64,000 nt of DNA, from positions 781 to 64,780 of IMG/VR virus record IMGVR_UViG_3300031627_001041. One strand, 5' to 3'. This stretch comes from a virus. Taxonomy: Duplodnaviria > Caudoviricetes. The first letter of the stretch is position 1. The number at the start of each line of letters is the position of its first letter. The notes under the pieces were generated by a model that had not been told where the DNA came from, made no database searches, and saw only the letters and a program-made list of their open reading frames with translations. Positions 26,419 through 36,439 of this stretch are shown in pieces. The position numbers and the translations under genes were made by a program.

Positions 26419-27988
26419 AAGAGTCATGATAATCTCTGAATTCTCAGAGCTGTCAACTGGTTATTCGATATATGCCAAGAACCTAATAAGACAACTGTAC
26501 AATAGTAATAAGTACGAAATCGCAGAATTGGCGTGTTACGCAGAAGTGGGAGATCCAAGATTAAGCTCTCCTCCGTGGAAAGTATTTCCTACGGTTCCAC
26601 ACCCCGAAGACACACAGGGAAGGAAACAGTATCACTCTGATCCATTTAATGCCTTTGGGAAAGGCGTATGTAACGCTATTTTTAATGAGTGGCGACCAGA
26701 TTACGTTTTAACCTTCTTTGATGCATGGTACTCAGATCATCTAATTAATCTGCCTTCCTACTACAATACTGTAGAGAATGGGTTATTCAATCTGATCTGG
26801 ATGCCGACAGTAGATGCGGTTAATCAAAAACCCAGTTGGTTGGCATCATATAAAGAATGTGATGGGCTACTGTGTTACACAGACTGGAGCAGGGACATTC
26901 TACAAGAAGAGGGGTCTTTATTCACACACGGTGAGGCTCCAGCTTGTGGCTCAGAAGAGTTTGCTCCAGGACACAAGGGTAAGGCTAAGGAATCATTCGG
27001 TCTGAGTCCGGACACTAAAATTATTACAATGGTTTCGCGTAATCAAAGACGAAAACTGTTTCCTGACCTAATCAATACTTTTGCAGAATATCTGAAAGAA
27101 TCAGAGCGGGACGATACGCTGTTATGGCTACATACGTCTTATCCCGACAATCAAGGATGGGATATTGGTCGCTGTATTATGGACGGCGAAGTATGTAACA
27201 AGGTATTGATCACCTATTCCTGTGAGTGCGGGAACGTCTTTCCAAACCATTTCTGTGGGGCGACGGCGTTTTGCGGCAACTGTCATCGTTGGTCAGCACA
27301 AACCTCAAATGTAGGGGGTAAAATTTCTGACAGTGATATGGCCCGTATACTTAATGCCACAGACCTAGCTGTACTACACTCAAACTCTGAGGGCCAGGGG
27401 ATCTTTACCTGGCAAGCCGCCGCTTGTGGTGTTCCAATCTGTGAAGTAGACTATTCAGCTATGTCTTCTGCGGTTAATAAAATGGGTGGCTATAAAGTTC
27501 CGCCTATCTCATTAACAGAAGAGATCGAGACTGGGTGCAAAAGGGCTGTTCCAGATAACTCCGCACTTAAAGCCGTGTTTCATGATCACTTTAGTTTACC
27601 TAACAGCCTTCAGGTTCTCAAGGGGGCAGAAACACGCAACAAGTATATTGAGAACTACTCATGGGACAAAACAGCAAACGAATGGATGAAGATTATTGAT
27701 AGTTTACCGGTAAAGACCTGGAATAGGGACGCAAGAATGGATACCTCAGAAGCCTTCAGTCCTCATCCACACCTTTCAAATACTCAGTATGCAAGATGGC
27801 TAATTAAAAAAGTAGCTTGTCAGCCCGAGAGACTAAACACATTCTTTGAACTTCAACTCATTGAAGAACTAACGAACGGCGTTATGGACAATACTAAACT
27901 GACACGAAAACCAAGAGAGTTCTTTTATGAGAGATATTCTTGGTTTAGGAACCGTCTAAACGAACTGGAGCATATACGATGCAATTAA
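26411..27988 (+). CDS. Glycosyltransferase, GT-B/GT4-like, with Cys-rich insertion
   Basis: STGYS, VSRNQRRKLFP, SNSEGQG and AAACGVP. Confidence 0.85.
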   Translation: MRKRVMIISEFSELSTGYSIYAKNLIRQLYNSNKYEIAELACYAEVGDPRLSSPPWKVFPTVPHPEDTQGRKQYHSDPFNAFGKGVCNAIFNEWRPDYVLTFFDAWYSDHLINLPSYYNTVENGLFNLIWMPTVDAVNQKPSWLASYKECDGLLCYTDWSRDILQEEGSLFTHGEAPACGSEEFAPGHKGKAKESFGLSPDTKIITMVSRNQRRKLFPDLINTFAEYLKESERDDTLLWLHTSYPDNQGWDIGRCIMDGEVCNKVLITYSCECGNVFPNHFCGATAFCGNCHRWSAQTSNVGGKISDSDMARILNATDLAVLHSNSEGQGIFTWQAAACGVPICEVDYSAMSSAVNKMGGYKVPPISLTEEIETGCKRAVPDNSALKAVFHDHFSLPNSLQVLKGAETRNKYIENYSWDKTANEWMKIIDSLPVKTWNRDARMDTSEAFSPHPHLSNTQYARWLIKKVACQPERLNTFFELQLIEELTNGVMDNTKLTRKPREFFYERYSWFRNRLNELEHIRCN

Positions 27989-28227
27989 AAATTGAACAAG
28001 ATGTTTTTGATAGACTAATGAAATTCGCCAAAGAAGTTCAGAAGCCCTATCGTAAATTAGCTATGGAAGCTATGAGAATTGGTGTAGAGGTGCTATGGCA
28101 CAAATACTACGCAGACGCTCGTGTGGTTGTCCTACACAAGAAAAAGGACAAAGAGGTGGAATTTTGTGAAATCGAAACAGAAAGCAAGGAGAAATTTGAT
28201 GCAGGCATTAGTAAAGCGGAAGAATAA
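27979..28227 (+). CDS. Ribbon-helix-helix-like small DNA-binding protein
   Basis: MQLKIEQDVFDRLMKFAKEVQKPYRKLAMEAM shows an RHH/CopG beta-strand plus two-helix pattern. Confidence 0.55.
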   Translation: MQLKIEQDVFDRLMKFAKEVQKPYRKLAMEAMRIGVEVLWHKYYADARVVVLHKKKDKEVEFCEIETESKEKFDAGISKAEE

Positions 28228-28408
28228 GAAGGACTGGGTTTTCAAATGGGATGGTAAGGCTTACTCTATGGTGACCCACTATGGGAACACCTATCGGTTA
28301 GCACTAAGTGACAACCTAAAGGTTGAGATCCAAAAAGATACGGGTTGGGAAAACAACTCAACAATTAACGATACAGTGCGACCAACGCAAGTAATTTTTA
28401 GTCTTTGA
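28199..28408 (+). CDS. Hypothetical protein
   Basis: Coupled ORF with likely start ATG 28199. Confidence 0.5.
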   Translation: MQALVKRKNKKDWVFKWDGKAYSMVTHYGNTYRLALSDNLKVEIQKDTGWENNSTINDTVRPTQVIFSL

Positions 28409-28415
28409 GGAAAAA

Positions 28416-29507
28416 ATGAAGATACTTCTCTTAAGTAGTTATGAAGAGGGGAACTCAGCCTGGTCCAGAGCAGCACAGAATATGTGTAGAGCTTTGGACG
28501 TGGCTGGGGCCAACGTTGTGCCCCGCAGTTATAAACTTAACCAGTCACAACCAAATGTCCACGAGAGGGTGAGGGAATTAGAGGCTGGCAGCGAAGAAGG
28601 GTGTGACACGATACTTCATATCGGATTACCCCATCACTATAGCTGGGACGATAGATTCTTCAATGTCGGCTACTTCTTTACAGAAAGCCAAAACTTCTCA
28701 GGCTCTAGTTGGGTGAGTCACTGCAACCTAATGGATCTTGTATTGGTTCCCAATAAATATGCGGCGGTTGCCGCTGCTGATAGCGGCATTACGGTTCCGA
28801 TCAAAGTATGTCCCGTTCCACTAGATACAGAACTATACAAGGAATATGAGCCACTAGAGCAGATTAAGGATGCCACCTTTGGTGACTACTTGTTCTACTT
28901 TATTGGTGACTTTGGTTTACGAAAGGCACTGCCCACAGTCTTAAAAGCGTTCTACACAGAGTTCTCAAAAAATGAGCCTGTGAACTTAGTCATTAAGACA
29001 AACAAGTACGGTGTGTCTCAAGCAGAAGTCGAAGCTATGACCCTAAAAATGGTTAATGAAATCAAACAGGGTCTACGAGTTAGTGCCGAGTACAGCGATC
29101 CTGTTATCATTACAGACGAGCTATCACAAGAAGACCTATTCAGACTACATTCGACATGTAACTGTTTAGTTAGCCCTAGCTACGGCGAGGCGTGGGGCTT
29201 TAATGTTCTGGACGCTATGGGGCTGAAAAACTCGGTTATCACCTCAGATACCGGCGGCTTCAAAGATTATTCGCCCCAAAAAATTAAGTCATACCCAAGT
29301 CAAGCCTTTAATATTGAGTCCTTTCCTGGACTAATGACAGGTCATGAAACTTGGGAGTGCGTTGATCAAACCGACCTAATGAAAACGATGCGTCAATGCT
29401 TTAACTGGGAAGGCAGTATTTCAACCAATAAGCAAATTGCCTGTGGGTACAGCTTAGAGAAGGTCGGAAAACAACTACTAACAATTTTGGAAAGAGAAAC
29501 ACCATGA
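28416..29507 (+). CDS. Glycosyltransferase GT4-like
   Basis: FIGDFGLRKAL, LVSPSYGEAWG and DAMGL. Confidence 0.88.
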   Translation: MKILLLSSYEEGNSAWSRAAQNMCRALDVAGANVVPRSYKLNQSQPNVHERVRELEAGSEEGCDTILHIGLPHHYSWDDRFFNVGYFFTESQNFSGSSWVSHCNLMDLVLVPNKYAAVAAADSGITVPIKVCPVPLDTELYKEYEPLEQIKDATFGDYLFYFIGDFGLRKALPTVLKAFYTEFSKNEPVNLVIKTNKYGVSQAEVEAMTLKMVNEIKQGLRVSAEYSDPVIITDELSQEDLFRLHSTCNCLVSPSYGEAWGFNVLDAMGLKNSVITSDTGGFKDYSPQKIKSYPSQAFNIESFPGLMTGHETWECVDQTDLMKTMRQCFNWEGSISTNKQIACGYSLEKVGKQLLTILERETP

Positions 29508-30478
29508 AAATCACCCACTCTACTATCAACAGAGTAGACCCAAACAGAACTATTAGGGTGCTGGGTGCATTTGCTCATGAGCGTTTTGATGCCAACTTGG
29601 CTAAGATTCCAAATTTTGAGTTTTATTGTCTACCTATTGAACATTCCAGAAAATGGGACAAAAGAAAAGCACCTTTCCCCGATAATTATTTTCTATGTGA
29701 TCGAAATGTCTTATCTTATAGAGACTTTGACTATGTGATTTGCGAGAATCCGCTCGCCCTCTATCCAGAACTTAAGGCTATATCACTAGAGTATAATCTT
29801 CCCATCATCAATATTTGGCATACTAATTCGCCCCCAAGCTGGGATAAGAACAGCTGGGACGCCCAGCCCTTTATTAACGACACTAATGTATTTATCACAA
29901 AGTACAACGAACTGATCTGGACGGGACAATCTGGAAACCATAAGGTAATTGATCACTGTATTGATACTGAACTATTTGCTACGGCTGAGATGTTAGGTAA
30001 AAAGCAAGAAAATACTATCTTTAATATGGTGAATGATTTTAGTAATAGGAGTAGGGAACACGGGTTAGAACTATTTAAACACCTGACACAAGGACTGCCA
30101 GTCAAGCTTTTAGGGGATAGTCCGGGAATCTCTAAGCCTGCAGAAAACCTAGATCACTTAGTAGAAGAAATTGCCACAAGCTCTATCTTCTTATCAAGCA
30201 GTCTCTCTAGTCCCTTGAGTATGAGTATTCTAGAGGCCGCGAGTTGCGGATTAGCTCTAGTATTGACCTCATGCTCTGGAAACCCAGATTACTTTGATGA
30301 TTCAAATGCGTTTTTCTTTTCTCCAAATCGTCCGCAAGACGGAAGAGAGCACTTAGTTAACCTGCTGCAAGACAAAGACCTACGGGATGAATACGGACAA
30401 AAAGCCCGAGAACGAGTTGAGCAGCTTACAACAGAAAGATTTGTTGACAAATGGGAACAGATATTGAGAAGACGCTAA
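29504..30478 (+). CDS. Glycosyltransferase GT4-like
   Basis: HCIDTELF, SPLSMSILEAASCG and GQKARE. Confidence 0.85.
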   Translation: MKITHSTINRVDPNRTIRVLGAFAHERFDANLAKIPNFEFYCLPIEHSRKWDKRKAPFPDNYFLCDRNVLSYRDFDYVICENPLALYPELKAISLEYNLPIINIWHTNSPPSWDKNSWDAQPFINDTNVFITKYNELIWTGQSGNHKVIDHCIDTELFATAEMLGKKQENTIFNMVNDFSNRSREHGLELFKHLTQGLPVKLLGDSPGISKPAENLDHLVEEIATSSIFLSSSLSSPLSMSILEAASCGLALVLTSCSGNPDYFDDSNAFFFSPNRPQDGREHLVNLLQDKDLRDEYGQKARERVEQLTTERFVDKWEQILRRR

Positions 30479-31173
30479 AGCAATTCTCAAAAATAGGGTT
30501 ATTTAGCCATAACCCCAATAATGGGATAGGTTTATGGACCGAAGAACAAGAACTTCTATTGAGTTTAGTGGGCAACAGTAAGAAGTATTTTGAGATTGGC
30601 TCTCATAATTTAGGCTCTGCCTTGTTGGTAGAGAAGCACGCTGAAGTACTAGGAATTGATCGCGAAGTGTTTGCACTAGATCTAAAGTTTTCGCCGTGGG
30701 CAAAATTGAACTATGAGCGTGCTAAGTCTAGCATTGCACAAATTGCGTGCAGTTCCAACAACTTACGTGATTACAAGGACGACTTGGAGGGTACAGATTT
30801 CATCTTCATTGATGGCTTCCATTCGTTCTATCAAGTAGTTAAAGACTTTGAGCTTAGCTACGACCTTATGACCAATGGTGGCATTATCGCATTCCATGAT
30901 ACTTCACCTAACTTAAATAAGACAGAGCACGTAAAAAAATGTACCGAATTCGCACAGAGCAACCTAAAGTATCTTACTGAAGACGAATCTGAAAACTTCT
31001 ATGTGGATGAAGCTATCTGTTTTATCTTAGACAAGTTTAGAGATAAGGCTGATCTTGAACTAATAGACTGCACTATAGAATGTTATCATCCGCGAGAAAC
31101 AAGACTTAATAGTTGGATTAGAGGCAAGACTAGTCCTCACTCAGCAATATGGGCAATAAAGGTAAACAAATGA
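30451..31173 (+). CDS. Class I SAM methyltransferase (Methyltransf_24-like)
   Basis: FEIGSHNLGS, FIFIDGFHSFY and GGIIAFHD. Confidence 0.85.
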   Translation: MGTDIEKTLKQFSKIGLFSHNPNNGIGLWTEEQELLLSLVGNSKKYFEIGSHNLGSALLVEKHAEVLGIDREVFALDLKFSPWAKLNYERAKSSIAQIACSSNNLRDYKDDLEGTDFIFIDGFHSFYQVVKDFELSYDLMTNGGIIAFHDTSPNLNKTEHVKKCTEFAQSNLKYLTEDESENFYVDEAICFILDKFRDKADLELIDCTIECYHPRETRLNSWIRGKTSPHSAIWAIKVNK

Positions 31174-31568
31174 AAGTTAACGTAGGGAACGGAGAGATTC
31201 AGGGGTATCTTAATCAACCCGAAAAATTGGATCTGAACGATATAGAAGATGCGTCATGCACAGAAATTTTAGCACCGTCAATTGTCAATGTTATTCACTA
31301 TACCAAGATACAAGATATTCTAACCCAATGGTATGCGAAGCTTCGTCTTAAAGGAGTGGTGATTTTAGGCGGTTATGACCTAGTAGAGTTCTCTAAATCC
31401 GTGATTCGTTATGAGATCAGCAAAGAAGAAAAGAACTCAATTATTGCCGCATCTGGCTCGTTCTTCCCGCTAGATGAAATCACGCAACTTGTTTGTATGA
31501 TTGGGTTTAAGATCAAAAAACGACAGCTTAATGGCATTCGGTACACTTTGGAGCTAACAAGAGAATGA
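31170..31568 (+). CDS. Degenerate methyltransferase-like protein
   Basis: MKVNVGNG...GYLN and W...LRLKGVVI echo the LNLGCG...GGxL pattern of small class I MTases, with the key residues altered. Confidence 0.45.
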   Translation: MKVNVGNGEIQGYLNQPEKLDLNDIEDASCTEILAPSIVNVIHYTKIQDILTQWYAKLRLKGVVILGGYDLVEFSKSVIRYEISKEEKNSIIAASGSFFPLDEITQLVCMIGFKIKKRQLNGIRYTLELTRE

Positions 31569-32323
31569 AAATTAGAAGAGACGAAATCGATGGCGAAGAA
31601 GTTATAATTACACCATGTCAAGAGTGCTTATTTTACAATCGTTTTCCTAAGCCGTCTTGTGCATTAGGAAGAATTAAAAAGTACGAGGCTCTAGATAAGG
31701 TGATTCATGTCAATAATGAAACGGTAGAAATTAAGACCTTCTGTAATCACGCTAGACCCATTTCTTGGCAGAATTTGGATGAGTCAATACAAGACTGTGT
31801 TAAGAGGGTCCAGGAAGACAATAAGATTAAATATGATCTAATTGCTAGAATTGAATCATCAGAAGACGTACTAAAACTCGCCCCCTTCACTAAACGAGCA
31901 ACTCCACCACAACAGATAATCTTCTCTTTTGAAGAGCTAAATATTGGAGAAGTAGTAGAGAACGCATCGCACCTTGGTATTGATTTTGAACTTATTCAAA
32001 TCAAAGACGTAAGTGCTCGCGTTAATCTCGAACTCGATAGGGTACGGGCCGCATGGTCTGAGACGGTCGATGTCAACAAAAAGTACAGCATTGATTTAAT
32101 GGCGGATTTTGAGGGTCGAATCAACAACAACTTGGAACAAATTGTGGCTGTTGTTGGTGAACAGTACATTATTATGAGCATGTTAATTGCTACCTTTGAC
32201 ACAATAGGTTTGCATTTTAGTTTTGATAACATTGAAGATATTGCAAACATGCAGAACACAACAGATAATATTAGGAGGTTTGATGGAGAGCGTATATGTG
32301 ATTATAGCCAACCACAACTATAG
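31565..32323 (+). CDS. Hypothetical protein
   Basis: 252-aa coupled ORF with N-terminal Cys residues. Confidence 0.65.
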   Translation: MKIRRDEIDGEEVIITPCQECLFYNRFPKPSCALGRIKKYEALDKVIHVNNETVEIKTFCNHARPISWQNLDESIQDCVKRVQEDNKIKYDLIARIESSEDVLKLAPFTKRATPPQQIIFSFEELNIGEVVENASHLGIDFELIQIKDVSARVNLELDRVRAAWSETVDVNKKYSIDLMADFEGRINNNLEQIVAVVGEQYIIMSMLIATFDTIGLHFSFDNIEDIANMQNTTDNIRRFDGERICDYSQPQL

Positions 32324-33062
32324 TCAGTATGTGGGCAAGGCTATTAAGAGTGCTCTAGGTCAATTGCACCCCGTTAAAGTGTGTGTGATTGATGATGGGT
32401 CTACCGACAACTCCGTAGAGGTAATCGGGGCAAACCTTAAGATTGATACCGCTAATGAAATCAACGAGAGAAACGGTCATATCTTTATTAAGCAGTCACC
32501 CTGTGTAGGAGCATCAGAAGCAAGAAATATTGCTATTAAGCACGTATGGGATAAGGCTGACTATTTCCTCATCTTAGATGCGGATGATGAAGCCTATCCT
32601 AACAAAGTACAAACAATGCTAGAGGCGTTCAGAAATCCTGGGGTTGCTGTGGTCTATGCAGACTATCACATCGAAAACACTATTACTGGTGTTACAGTGC
32701 CCGAATTTAAGAAGCCTTTCAGTGGCCCACTGCTGGAACAAGAATGTATTGTTCATAGTCAAGCACTAATTTCAAAACAAGCACTACAGGAGGTATTAGA
32801 GGATGGTAGAGTATATGATCCTGAGCTTCATAAGCCACGGACGGACGCTGAGGGAAATGCTCAACATTCTGGCTCTGTGTCTGAAGACTATGATTTATGG
32901 TTAAGAATTGCTGAACGTTTTATGATTTGGCATATTCCCGAGTTCCTTTCGTTGGTACGTGTTACCGGCGAGAACCAAAGCAAACCAGAAAATATCACCC
33001 CCGAGATTTTTCAGGCTGCTAGAAAACATATGCTAGATAAGGCTAGGAGACGAAATGAATAG
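32283..33062 (+). CDS. Glycosyltransferase GT2
   Basis: VIIANHN, VIDDGSTD, ARN, LDADD and EDYDLWLR. Confidence 0.92.
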   Translation: MESVYVIIANHNYSQYVGKAIKSALGQLHPVKVCVIDDGSTDNSVEVIGANLKIDTANEINERNGHIFIKQSPCVGASEARNIAIKHVWDKADYFLILDADDEAYPNKVQTMLEAFRNPGVAVVYADYHIENTITGVTVPEFKKPFSGPLLEQECIVHSQALISKQALQEVLEDGRVYDPELHKPRTDAEGNAQHSGSVSEDYDLWLRIAERFMIWHIPEFLSLVRVTGENQSKPENITPEIFQAARKHMLDKARRRNE

Positions 33063-33783
33063 ATTTACCGCTCCAGTAAAACAACAGCCTGGGATCACGG
33101 TAGACCTTCCTGTGGTTGTATTATCCTCCACCATCAACCATAAGATGGGGGTCTATGGTGCGAAATTTGACCATGACGCTGGAGCAGAGAAGCTCTTTGA
33201 TCGACAGCGTAGAACAATTAAGGCGGTGCTACCTAAAGCGGAAATTGTGTTAGGGGTAGGAAAAGACTACCATAAAGCTAATCGCAACCTAAAAGAATCC
33301 TGGCTTGATCAGGGCGTAAAAATGGTAGAGAATCAGCTATGGCAAGACACCTCAGAAACTGAAACCCTACGTTTAGCTATGAATGTTTTACCTAGTGCGT
33401 CCCGTATTTTGTTCATTTCTGGTGATGTTTGCTTTGATAAGGAATCTCTAAGTTTTCTAGATGCTTCTCAATCAATGCTCTCATACTATATGGACGATAA
33501 TGAGGATGAAATTGGGGTCAACTTTGATCTCAATAATCATTACAAGCTTAGCGGTACAGGATTTGATTTTCGGGCCAAGTGGTCAAACATGCTTTATCTA
33601 ACAGGATACGAACTGGAAACCTTAAGAAAGTTCTGTGTACCCAAGAACTCAAAACTGGAACTGTGGGAATTTTTGCAATACGCAATCAAAAACTCTGGGA
33701 ACATCACTTGCGTAGAGACCCCTGGAAACATCACTAGAGCATACAATGCTATTAAACTGGAGGAAGTCGCGTGCGTTGGCTAA
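33055..33783 (+). CDS. Sugar nucleotidyltransferase-like protein (GT-A fold, degenerate)
   Basis: VVVLS...KM...AK, LFDRQ, VENQLWQDTSETETL and FISGDVCF resemble NTP_transferase/LicC, but the canonical GxGxR is absent. Confidence 0.6.
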   Translation: MNRFTAPVKQQPGITVDLPVVVLSSTINHKMGVYGAKFDHDAGAEKLFDRQRRTIKAVLPKAEIVLGVGKDYHKANRNLKESWLDQGVKMVENQLWQDTSETETLRLAMNVLPSASRILFISGDVCFDKESLSFLDASQSMLSYYMDDNEDEIGVNFDLNNHYKLSGTGFDFRAKWSNMLYLTGYELETLRKFCVPKNSKLELWEFLQYAIKNSGNITCVETPGNITRAYNAIKLEEVACVG

Positions 33784-34853
33784 TTACAACAGATGGTCCC
33801 CATGCCCATCACTATCATAGAATGGGAATAGCAAAAGCATTAAAATATGCTGGTCATGACATCATTATGATGGACATCACAAAGGGGTCACCGTATGATG
33901 CATTTGATAAATTCAATCCAGAGATTGTGTGGACCCAATCATATAATCTAACCCCGTCCCTAATCGAATGTATTAAACATAGTGACTGCAAAGTCTTTAT
34001 GCGGGCATTTGACTGGGGTCCTATGGCAAAAGACGTGGCCAAACTTAATGAGAGCGGCCAGAACATTATGATTGAGAACGCCTCAGAAAAAGAGAAAGAG
34101 AATGTAAGATCTATTTCTGACCGTATCTCTTTTGTATGTAATCATTATGTTCCTTCCATGCTTATGGAAGCTATGGAGAGCTGGACCGAGTTTGTAGAAG
34201 TAAAAGAAAATATGCTTGGTTTTTGTCCATTTACCTATTCTGGTGGACAAGACATGCCTGAATTCTACTCAGACGTTTCATTTATTGGGAGCTATCACCA
34301 CAGAAAACCAGCATTAAATGACTATATCATTGGTCTAAACAAGCTCAAGACAGAGCGAAACAATCTCAACGTCAAAATCTTTAGCTCCTGGTATTGGCCT
34401 AGTGAGTATTACTGTGGGGTTATCCCAACGGAATACAACAAACACGTCTATCACAACGCAAAGATTTGTCCAAATGTGTCAGAGGACCACTCAAGACTTT
34501 TGGGGCACGACGTAATTGAGCGAATCTTTGCTGTCTTAGGTGGTGGGAACTTCTGTGTATCAGACTATGTAAAGGGGGCGGCTGAGCTTTTCCCCGACGA
34601 AATGATTTTTGCGTCAGATAAACAAGAGTTTCACGATATGATTTTTCATTATGTTGAGAACCCCCTTGAGACAAAAATTTTCACAGATAAAGCACAGGCC
34701 AAAGTATGGGATCAGCACACTTATTTCCATAGGGCGGCGGCTTTATTCTCAAACCTAGGATTTGAAATCGAGGCAGTAAATATGCTAAATCTCATTCCCA
34801 AAGTTTACGGCGAGATGGTTGGTGGACAGTTGTTCACCCCTCAAAAAGTTTGA
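33771..34853 (+). CDS. CgeB-like glycosyltransferase
   Basis: DVSFIGS, YHNAKICPN, ERIFAVL...FCVSD and HTYFHRA. Confidence 0.8.
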   Translation: MRWLITTDGPHAHHYHRMGIAKALKYAGHDIIMMDITKGSPYDAFDKFNPEIVWTQSYNLTPSLIECIKHSDCKVFMRAFDWGPMAKDVAKLNESGQNIMIENASEKEKENVRSISDRISFVCNHYVPSMLMEAMESWTEFVEVKENMLGFCPFTYSGGQDMPEFYSDVSFIGSYHHRKPALNDYIIGLNKLKTERNNLNVKIFSSWYWPSEYYCGVIPTEYNKHVYHNAKICPNVSEDHSRLLGHDVIERIFAVLGGGNFCVSDYVKGAAELFPDEMIFASDKQEFHDMIFHYVENPLETKIFTDKAQAKVWDQHTYFHRAAALFSNLGFEIEAVNMLNLIPKVYGEMVGGQLFTPQKV

Positions 34854-34871
34854 CCATTTTTTCTAATCGCA

Positions 34872-34920
34872 CGGATTTTTCGGTATAAAAAATCGTTTCG
34901 ACGATATACTATTATGAGGG
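34872..34920 (+). promoter_or_regulatory. Putative phage promoter motif, copy B
   Basis: Gapless match to 2398-2446. Contains TATACT and lies in the largest intergenic gap of the glyco cluster. Confidence 0.65.
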
Positions 34921-34972
34921 TCCGTGTTCATCAAGCAACATCACCCCTAGAAAGCAAAAATAATCACACAAT

Positions 34973-35110
34973 ATGACAGACAGACCAAAAGACAAATCAA
35001 AAGACAAATCAAAAGAGTCTGGCAACTTAACCTTCAAGTTAGGAGATAGACTAAAGGCGGCTTTAGAAGAAGCTGTGCAAGCTGAAAAAACAAAAGGAAC
35101 AGACAAATGA
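34973..35110 (+). CDS. Small RHH-like protein (45 aa, not in the supplied track)
   Basis: MTDRPKDKSKDKSKESGNLTFKLGDRLKAALEEAVQAEKTKGTDK*, with an ATGA overlap with the next gene. Confidence 0.55.
   Translation: MTDRPKDKSKDKSKESGNLTFKLGDRLKAALEEAVQAEKTKGTDK
34986..35016 (+). repeat. 12-bp tandem repeat (CAAAAGACAAAT x2.6)
   Basis: Read directly from the sequence. It encodes the KDKS repeats. Confidence 0.9.
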
Positions 35111-35841
35111 AAGTGATAGTTACCTCAGGTAAATATTCACAAATCTTGCCTCTTTTTGCTCAACAGTTTAATAAGTACTTTTCCTCAGATACTGAGGTCA
35201 TCATACTTTCTCCACGGGGTGTTACTGGACTACCCAGTAACTTTTCTTGTGTCAAGATACCATTCACCGATTATTGGTGCAACGATATTCGAGAGTTCTT
35301 TGATTCTTTTGAAGACGAGATATTTTTAGGGTGTATGGAAGATCATTTTTTACATTCTCCTGTTGATCTTGGTTTATTGGCAGAAATAATAGAAGAATTT
35401 AAATATGGAGATATTGTTAAGTTTTGCTCAGTAAAACCTAATGACTGGAAATCACAGATTAGAGACTGTTCTAATTATCGATATACTCAACTTGAAAGAA
35501 ATGATAAACTGTGGTATGATGCACCAGTTAGGCAATCTTTGCTGCCAAGTATCTGGAAAACAGATTTTTTTAAGTATCTACTAGACAAAAGTAGAGACTT
35601 TAACGCTTGGGAATTCGAAACAAGAAAGAATATGTATCATCTTGAAGAAGACGTTCTCAATTATATCGGAGACAGAAAGATTCTGTTTGCAAAAGAACAG
35701 CTGTATCCTATGTCCGACGTAATTCGAGGAGGACAGCCAGCAGAACACTATTGGGCACAAGAAGTAAAGGACCCAAAAGATATCGCTATATTTAAAGAAG
35801 CAACAGAAAGGGTTTTTCCAGATGTATTACGGACAGCGTGA
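35107..35841 (+). CDS. Glycosyltransferase-like (GT-A) protein
   Basis: FLGCMEDHFL (DxD-like), PSIWK and AWEFE resemble phage GT-like hypothetical proteins. Confidence 0.55.
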   Translation: MKVIVTSGKYSQILPLFAQQFNKYFSSDTEVIILSPRGVTGLPSNFSCVKIPFTDYWCNDIREFFDSFEDEIFLGCMEDHFLHSPVDLGLLAEIIEEFKYGDIVKFCSVKPNDWKSQIRDCSNYRYTQLERNDKLWYDAPVRQSLLPSIWKTDFFKYLLDKSRDFNAWEFETRKNMYHLEEDVLNYIGDRKILFAKEQLYPMSDVIRGGQPAEHYWAQEVKDPKDIAIFKEATERVFPDVLRTA

Positions 35842-36439
35842 AACAGACAGATATATTGATGAATACTTCCCCAACCAAATTATAGGCAACTGCGTTGAGG
35901 TTGGAGTGGCGAATGGGACTAGGGGGTCAAACACGCTACTGTTTGAAAAAAGAGGGTGGAATACGTTATGTATTGACCCCATTCCAAAACATGTGGCACA
36001 AGCTAAAGAGACTAGAAAACAGGTATTAGAGTGTGCCTGTAGCAATTTTAACGGATATGATTACTTCACGTCATATGATATTGGCGAGAACAATATTCAG
36101 TCCTCTTTAAGCAGCCTTCATACTGACAAGCGTCTAATTGAAAGCCATAAAGACATCATCAATGATACTGATACGTTTATGGTAAGGGTCAAAAGACTTA
36201 CTGCAATATTAGACGAACAAAAATGGTCTAAGCAAATTGACTTTGTCTCAATTGATACTGAGGGCACAGAGCTGGACGTACTCCGAGGATTAGACTTGGG
36301 AAAATACCAAGTCAAGTTATTAGTCGTCGAGAACAATTTTGAAGACTCAGATGTTGCTGAGTATCTAGAGTGTTTCGGATTTGAGCACGATCAAAGGTTC
36401 TTTGTTAATGACTTCTTTGTAAATAGGAACCTTAAATGA
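35822..36439 (+). CDS. FkbM-family methyltransferase
   Basis: VEVGVANG, CIDP, IDFVSIDTEGTELDVL and VVENN. Confidence 0.9.
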   Translation: MYYGQRETDRYIDEYFPNQIIGNCVEVGVANGTRGSNTLLFEKRGWNTLCIDPIPKHVAQAKETRKQVLECACSNFNGYDYFTSYDIGENNIQSSLSSLHTDKRLIESHKDIINDTDTFMVRVKRLTAILDEQKWSKQIDFVSIDTEGTELDVLRGLDLGKYQVKLLVVENNFEDSDVAEYLECFGFEHDQRFFVNDFFVNRNLK

